The translations under genes were made by a program, and so were the position numbers. DNA of 52,909 nt, taken from positions 1-52,909 of the forward strand of contig NW_024704746.1 in NCBI RefSeq assembly GCF_018977255.1, read 5' to 3'. Below, piece by piece: positions 47,498-52,909 of the stretch; position 1 is the first letter of the stretch; every line of letters begins with the position of its first letter. The notes below the pieces were generated by a model that searched no databases, was not told where the DNA came from, and saw only the letters and a program-made list of their open reading frames with translations. The stretch comes from Callorhinchus milii. Taxonomy: Eukaryota.

Positions 47498-47706
47498 TGA
47501 ATTTATTAATGCAGAAACCTCCCAAGTTCCAGTGTTCGGCCCTGCCAGCCAGCCTTCTTCCTCCTCCTCGTCCTCTTCGTCCTCAGCCTTTTGTCCAGTA
47601 GTTTCATCTCGGCCGATTGTGGAACGTCAACCAAGAATGCTAAATTTCAGGGTGGAATACCGTGACAGAAATGTGGAAGTGGTAATTGAAGACACAAGCA
47701 CAGTTG
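47498..47706 (+). CDS. FAF1: FAF1 coding exon 4
   Basis: Acceptor ttccag|; (S)EFINAETSQVPVFGPASQPSSSSSSSSSSAFCPVVSSRPIVERQPRMLNFRVEYRDRNVEVVIEDTSTV plus G; donor |gtaagg. The phase fits exons 3 and 5. Confidence 0.95.
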
Positions 47707-49632
47707 GTAAGGTCTCAGATATTAACTTTTTTTCATTCTTCTATCCTTCCATATTTTGTTCAGTTTACATTCTGTCTTCCACTTTCCCTATTTGTATGTA
47801 AACATTATAAACGTATATAACCGTTTTGCCCACAAATATACGGTCAATTCACTTTACAATGTACTCTGTGAAGCACTTTGAGACGTGAAAAGTGCTATAT
47901 TAAATACAAGGATTATTATTATAATTATTATTAAACATGGTGTGTCTCAATAACCAATTCCAATCAGGAAATATGTCTCTAATTTTACAGATTTGGATAT
48001 TTCATGTTGCACACAAGTTCATGCAATATTTTGTGTGTATTTGTGGGTTGAATCTCTGTACATCCCAGGTAGCTCAGTTGGTTGAGCTTAGATCAGAAGG
48101 TTTTGATTTGAATCCAGTTGGATTCACTTAGCTGTTAAACCTTTTAACTACTATCCTCGGAGGGCTGGTAATCAGCACCTCTTTGAGGTACAACTGGCTC
48201 TGGCAAGTTACCTGGCACAGTTAAATAGATTATTTTGGTTGGCTCATCAATAATAATGATCCTTGCATTGCAATCAGATTTGGAGTTGAAATCATGTCCC
48301 CAACCGTGAGAAGTAAAACAGAAGTTTGCACAGTTAACTAGCATTATGCTTGTACAAGTTTAAGGTTGCATCAGCTCTTTATTACTTGCCCACATATTGC
48401 AAGCAGTTCCAAATCACGTTTCGCATGACTAGAATGAAGCTTTACTTGTTGGGCTCATTCGCTGATTAACATCGATTTTAGTTCAAAGCAAGGTAGACAA
48501 GAACTAGGATTTCCTATTATTCGTGTAAATGTGGTGTATGTGTGGGGGTGGGGGGTACAGGCTATTCTCTCCAATTTTCATACAGCAAAGCAATAATGTA
48601 ATGTTGGTGCTAGGGTGTGAGAGCTGTGCTTGAATTTTCGAAAGTTTAGCAATTTTATAGAATTGGGCAGAATCAGAGACATGTACATTAAATAATACAA
48701 TTCTATGAAGCGGGGAAATGTACTTCTATTTGTTTGATAAGCCTACTGTGAATTGCATAGCATGTTAATATTTGTGTCAATATTATCATCAGTGATGAGG
48801 GATATGGTTGTTCTGCTTGAGAGAGACTGTCAAAAAAAGGGACCAAAAACAAAATAACCATGTGTTCAAGTTTGGAGTTTTGTGTCCTGTATCTGAGCAA
48901 TTTTTGCACATTGGTCTTGCCAAGTTTGTGCCCAGGAACTTGCATGGGCGAATTGTTCTGCTTACTGTATTTATGTGGTCTTGTGACAAGCTACTAGCCT
49001 CTTTGAAAGGCTGATCTTATCACATAGATCACAATTAACAGTCTTCAACAAATACCAAATTAATTTACTTGTGAGTTTTTTAAAAAAAGTTATTTATTAA
49101 TGTATTATCAAGTTGAAATTATTTAATTTCCCCATCCCTTTAAAGACTTTAAACTGCACCACAACATCTTTCTATTTTTCTTCCTGATAGCCTTTACAGT
49201 CAATTCACTTTACAGTATGTTCTGTGAAGGGCTTTGAGATGTCTGAAAGACTCGATAAGGCGCTAATATCAAATGGAAGGATTATTATTATTTAATTCTC
49301 TAGGTCACTAAGGTGTATAGCCACTCCTATAAATTCTTGCAATCGCCAATTTAAGCTTGGATAATGAACCACTTCTCTGATCAGAAACAAGCAAAAATCC
49401 ATGGGCTTTCAGAATGATCTTTTTAGTGGGATTATCAAAACACAAAGTGTTTCTCTTCAAATTTTGAACTTTTTTTAACAACAGGACTTTCTTGCCTTTA
49501 GGTAATCCAACTGATTTGTTCCTTTATATATTATCTTTTTTGAAAGTGCTGTACATTTTGTAGCTTTGTTGTACAATTTTAAAGGCAATTGATATATTGC
49601 TAAAATTGATTGATTTTTAAAAAATCTTACAG

Positions 49633-49724
49633 GTGCTATCAAGCAAATTCTAGAAAATGAACTTCAGATTCCTGTATCTCAAATGCAGTTGAAAGGTTGG
49701 AAGTCTCCTGATACAAGCGACAGT
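49633..49724 (+). CDS. FAF1: FAF1 coding exon 5 (ubiquitin-like domain 1)
   Basis: Acceptor cttacag|, (G)AIKQILENELQIPVSQMQLKGWKSPDTSDS, donor |gtaagt. Confidence 0.97.
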
Positions 49725-50120
49725 GTAAGTCTTTGTAACAGTGTGGATTCATACCATTTGATCTGAATTTCACTAGTCAGAAATTAACAGTAATTTGTAC
49801 CTGGCTACTTTTGTACAAATTACAGGTCGTCAATCAGCTAGTCTAATACTCCCCCTTCCTGCTTGCTCACTCTTTAATATCTTTTTCCAAGAGTCTGATT
49901 CCCTTTTAATATATTTTTTGATACCTGAAAGAATTACTAAGTAAGACATGAAATAATTTTGAGATAATTTAAAAGAATTTTATCTCAACTTTAGAACTAA
50001 ATACCATCAGAATAAATACAGAATGTATGTCATTTTAGTTTATTTGAAAATAGTTTTCAGTTAATTCTGAATTTGTCAGATTTAAGGTGATGATACTGCT
50101 CTTTTGTCTCTTATCTGCAG

Positions 50121-50224
50121 ACTATTCTGAGATCTCTCCACTTACCTAAGAATAACAGCCTGTATGTTCTCACACCTGAGCTAGCTCAACCAGGATCAGC
50201 TGGACCTGCAACAAGTCAAGCTAG
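50121..50224 (+). CDS. FAF1: FAF1 coding exon 6 (gene continues beyond the window)
   Basis: Acceptor tctgcag|, TILRSLHLPKNNSLYVLTPELAQPGSAGPATSQA plus AG, donor |gtaaat. Confidence 0.95.
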
Positions 50225-51699
50225 GTAAATTGCTGTGATTAATTCTTATACTTTATATTTAATTTTAATCTATGCTTTAACCCTGGATGTTTGGGTGGTG
50301 CACGTAGTGAACATATTTCCAACCATTATCTATGAGTTTGTAATTGTTTTCTGTTCACATTAGATATAAATATGTGTCAATGTAGGGCCAAGAATATGGT
50401 GTGGCTCAACTGAAAATCCTTTCCTCATGAGGATGACCTTAAATTGAGTGGCCTGACAGTTGTCCTTTGAGGACGATTGGGGTGGTGCGGGAGTGGGGGG
50501 GGCGCGAAATTGGACAGAAGAATTCAGTAACTTGCTAACCGCAGTTTCCACTCCTACTTAGATTGTAGCGCACACTGCAAAAGTCGGCTGTTTTATTATG
50601 GTCTGTTTTCCTGCAGTTGTTGCTCTATTCAATCTATTCAAGTGGATGTCTTAACATTTGTTCATTTTTGTATTAAAATATTTAAAAAATGAGGTAAATA
50701 GTAAGAGATGGAATTGCAGATTTTATTAATCTTAAATGAGAGCCTCAGAATAGCACCAAGAGAATAATTTGATAACTTATCTGTCTGCTCTTGGAAATTG
50801 TGCAGTACATTGGGGACACGGGGGAAGAAATATATGTTGTTTAAAGATGCTGAAAGATGCTTGCAGCCTGTAATTTTTGGAATGCTTCTCGACTAGGCCA
50901 GTAGGTGGGGCCCTATGCTGTTGTTGCATACAAAGCTTTGTGGACAAAACAGAATAATCGGTTTGGCTCCAGCAGAAGTGCTTTTCCTTTTAAACGTTGA
51001 ATAAAAGTAACTGGTTGTAGGAAGTTGATCTTGCTCGGTGCTACTGTGCAGATTTTACTTGAACTCAGCAGAAATCCCTATAACAAGTTATCTTTCATCA
51101 ATGTTTGCATGTTGTGAACAGTATGTAGTGGCAATTGAATTCTGCTGAGTTAAGGAAGGACAGAAAAGATCTAGGAATAAAAATGATATTCATAAACAGT
51201 ATTTTGAAAATTGGAAGCAAAATTAGCTGCTTAAATTGCTACGGGTAACAGACAGTTTCCCTCGAGAAAAATACTGCAATTAAGGCAATAGCAGATGTCC
51301 TGCTGATTTGAAATAGCGCATAACGACGTCATAAGTTTTTTCAGCCCTTCTCTGCTCCCCTAACTTTCTTGCTGTCTTGCAATCTTTTCTCCCTTCTCGT
51401 GGCCAAGGACAAATTCCTCTTCTCTCTTCATAAATCACACCCTCCATCTTTGCTTCTAATTTCAATTACAAAGAGGTAATAGTCCTGCTTGCGAACAAAA
51501 TCTGCTAGGTTGCATATCCCTCCCTTTTACCACCCCTTTCCTCCCCCAGTTGAAGCAAGGTGAATTCCTTCAAAATAAAAACTAGTTGCAGAAGATGAGC
51601 AGATATTACTCCATTACTAGAGATGCAAAAGTGGGAGTTTGATTATTATCTTGGATTTTTTTCATTGTTTTAAAGCTATCTACCTGGTAATTCACTCTC

Positions 51700-52050
51700 C
51701 CCTCTGGCAGTCATGGTAGGTTGGTTCCTGAGCCAGTTAGGTCCACCATATGCCAGGGCCCTGCTGATTCCACGAGCCACCTTGGCTCATTGTCGGGATG
51801 TGGAGGGGCAGACTAGTCCCTGGGAGCTCCTGTTAAAGCTCCCATGCCAAAGCCCTGACAGCTGGACAAGCAGCAGAAAGCTTACCAGACAATGCTCTCA
51901 ATTTCAAGCTATAGTTGGTTAAACTCCGGAGGTACCCGAACACACACTCTGGGTTTCCCCAAGCCTTGACTCTTGACAACCACCAATTAATCTATTACAG
52001 AGTTAGGATAGCAAGCCGTGTCCCTCTAGGGAAGTGTGCACATTCCATTT
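51700..52050. mobile_element. Old unclassified interspersed repeat, copy 4 (same orientation as copy 3)
   Basis: agctcctgttaa..gccaaagccctgacagctggacaagcagcagaaagctta...ccccaagcctt...gtgtgcacattccatt. Confidence 0.65.
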
Positions 52051-52074
52051 CAGACAGATAGATATTTCCATAAA

Positions 52075-52909
52075 ATGACCATAAAACCATAAGATGTAGG
52101 AGCAGGAGTAGGCCTTTCGGCCCCTCGAGCCTGCCCACCATTTAATAAGATCATGGATGATCTTCTAACGTAATTCCATTTACCCTCTCTATCCCCATAT
52201 CCCTTAATCCCTCTATCCTTTAGAAATCTATCAACCTCAGTCTTGAATATGTTCAAGGACTGAGCATCCACAGCCTCTGGGGTAGAGAATTCCACAAATT
52301 CACTACTCTCTGAGTGAAGAAATGTTTCCTCAACTCAGTTCGAAAAGGCTGACCCTTAATCTTGAGACTATGACCCCTAGTTTTAGATTCTCCAACCAGG
52401 GTAAACAGTCTCACGGCATCTACCCCGTCAAGACCTTAAGAATTTTATAGGTTTCTATAAGATCACTTCTAATTCTTCTATATTCTTGAGAATATAGACC
52501 TAGTCTTACTCAACCTCTCCTCATGGGTCAGCCCCCTCATCTCAGGAACTAACCTCTTGAATCTACGCTGCACCCCTAAGGTGAGTATGTCCTTTCTTAA
52601 ATAAAGAGACCAAAACTGCACACAATATTCTAGGTGTGACTCACCAAGACCTTATAAACTGCAGCAAGACTTCCCTAATCTTGTACTCTTTAACCCTTTT
52701 GCAACGAACGCCAACATGGCATTAGCCTTCCTAATTGCTTGCTGTACCCACAGACTAACTTTTTGTGACTGATGTACAAGGACACCAAAATCTCTCTGAA
52801 CACTAACACCATCCAGTCTCTCCCCCTCTAGAAAATAATCCACTTTTCTATTTTTACTATCTAGGTGAATAACTTCACACTTCCCCACGTTATACTCCAT
52901 CTATAGGTG
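52075..52909 (-). mobile_element. CR1 LINE 3' part, same subfamily as 35835-36735
   Basis: MEYNVGKCEVIHL...QRDFGVLVH...AIRKANAML on the - strand; tail ccataagatgtaggagcaggagtaggcc. Confidence 0.92.

Noticed and set aside
47556-47585. Ten-serine run in FAF1 exon 4
   Set aside because: It is a low-complexity linker that is also Ser-rich in other vertebrate FAF1 proteins; length variation here is unremarkable.

Overview
Vertebrate genomic DNA, most likely a cartilaginous fish (inferred from shark/chimaera-type L2, CR1, Deu-domain SINE and Penelope-type repeats). The right half holds the 5' part of FAF1 on the + strand: a CpG-island promoter at about 24.7-25.4 kb and six coding exons from 25133 to 50224, with repeat-filled introns; the gene runs on past the window. 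The left half is dominated by a ~14.75 kb near-perfect palindrome (about 4450-19205). Each arm carries a divergent H2A/H2B histone pair: an apparently intact H2B with an unusual repeat-extended N-terminal tail, a stem-loop and a downstream element, and a truncated H2A fused to an L2 fragment. The arms meet in a GC-rich minisatellite that flips orientation at a spacerless hairpin apex (12436/12437). A histone H3 N-terminal relic lies at 1200-1265. Smaller items are a degenerate hammerhead-ribozyme motif, a 29-bp hairpin about 1 kb upstream of FAF1, and a candidate divergent first exon at the FAF1 promoter. Repeat boundaries were read by eye and are approximate.
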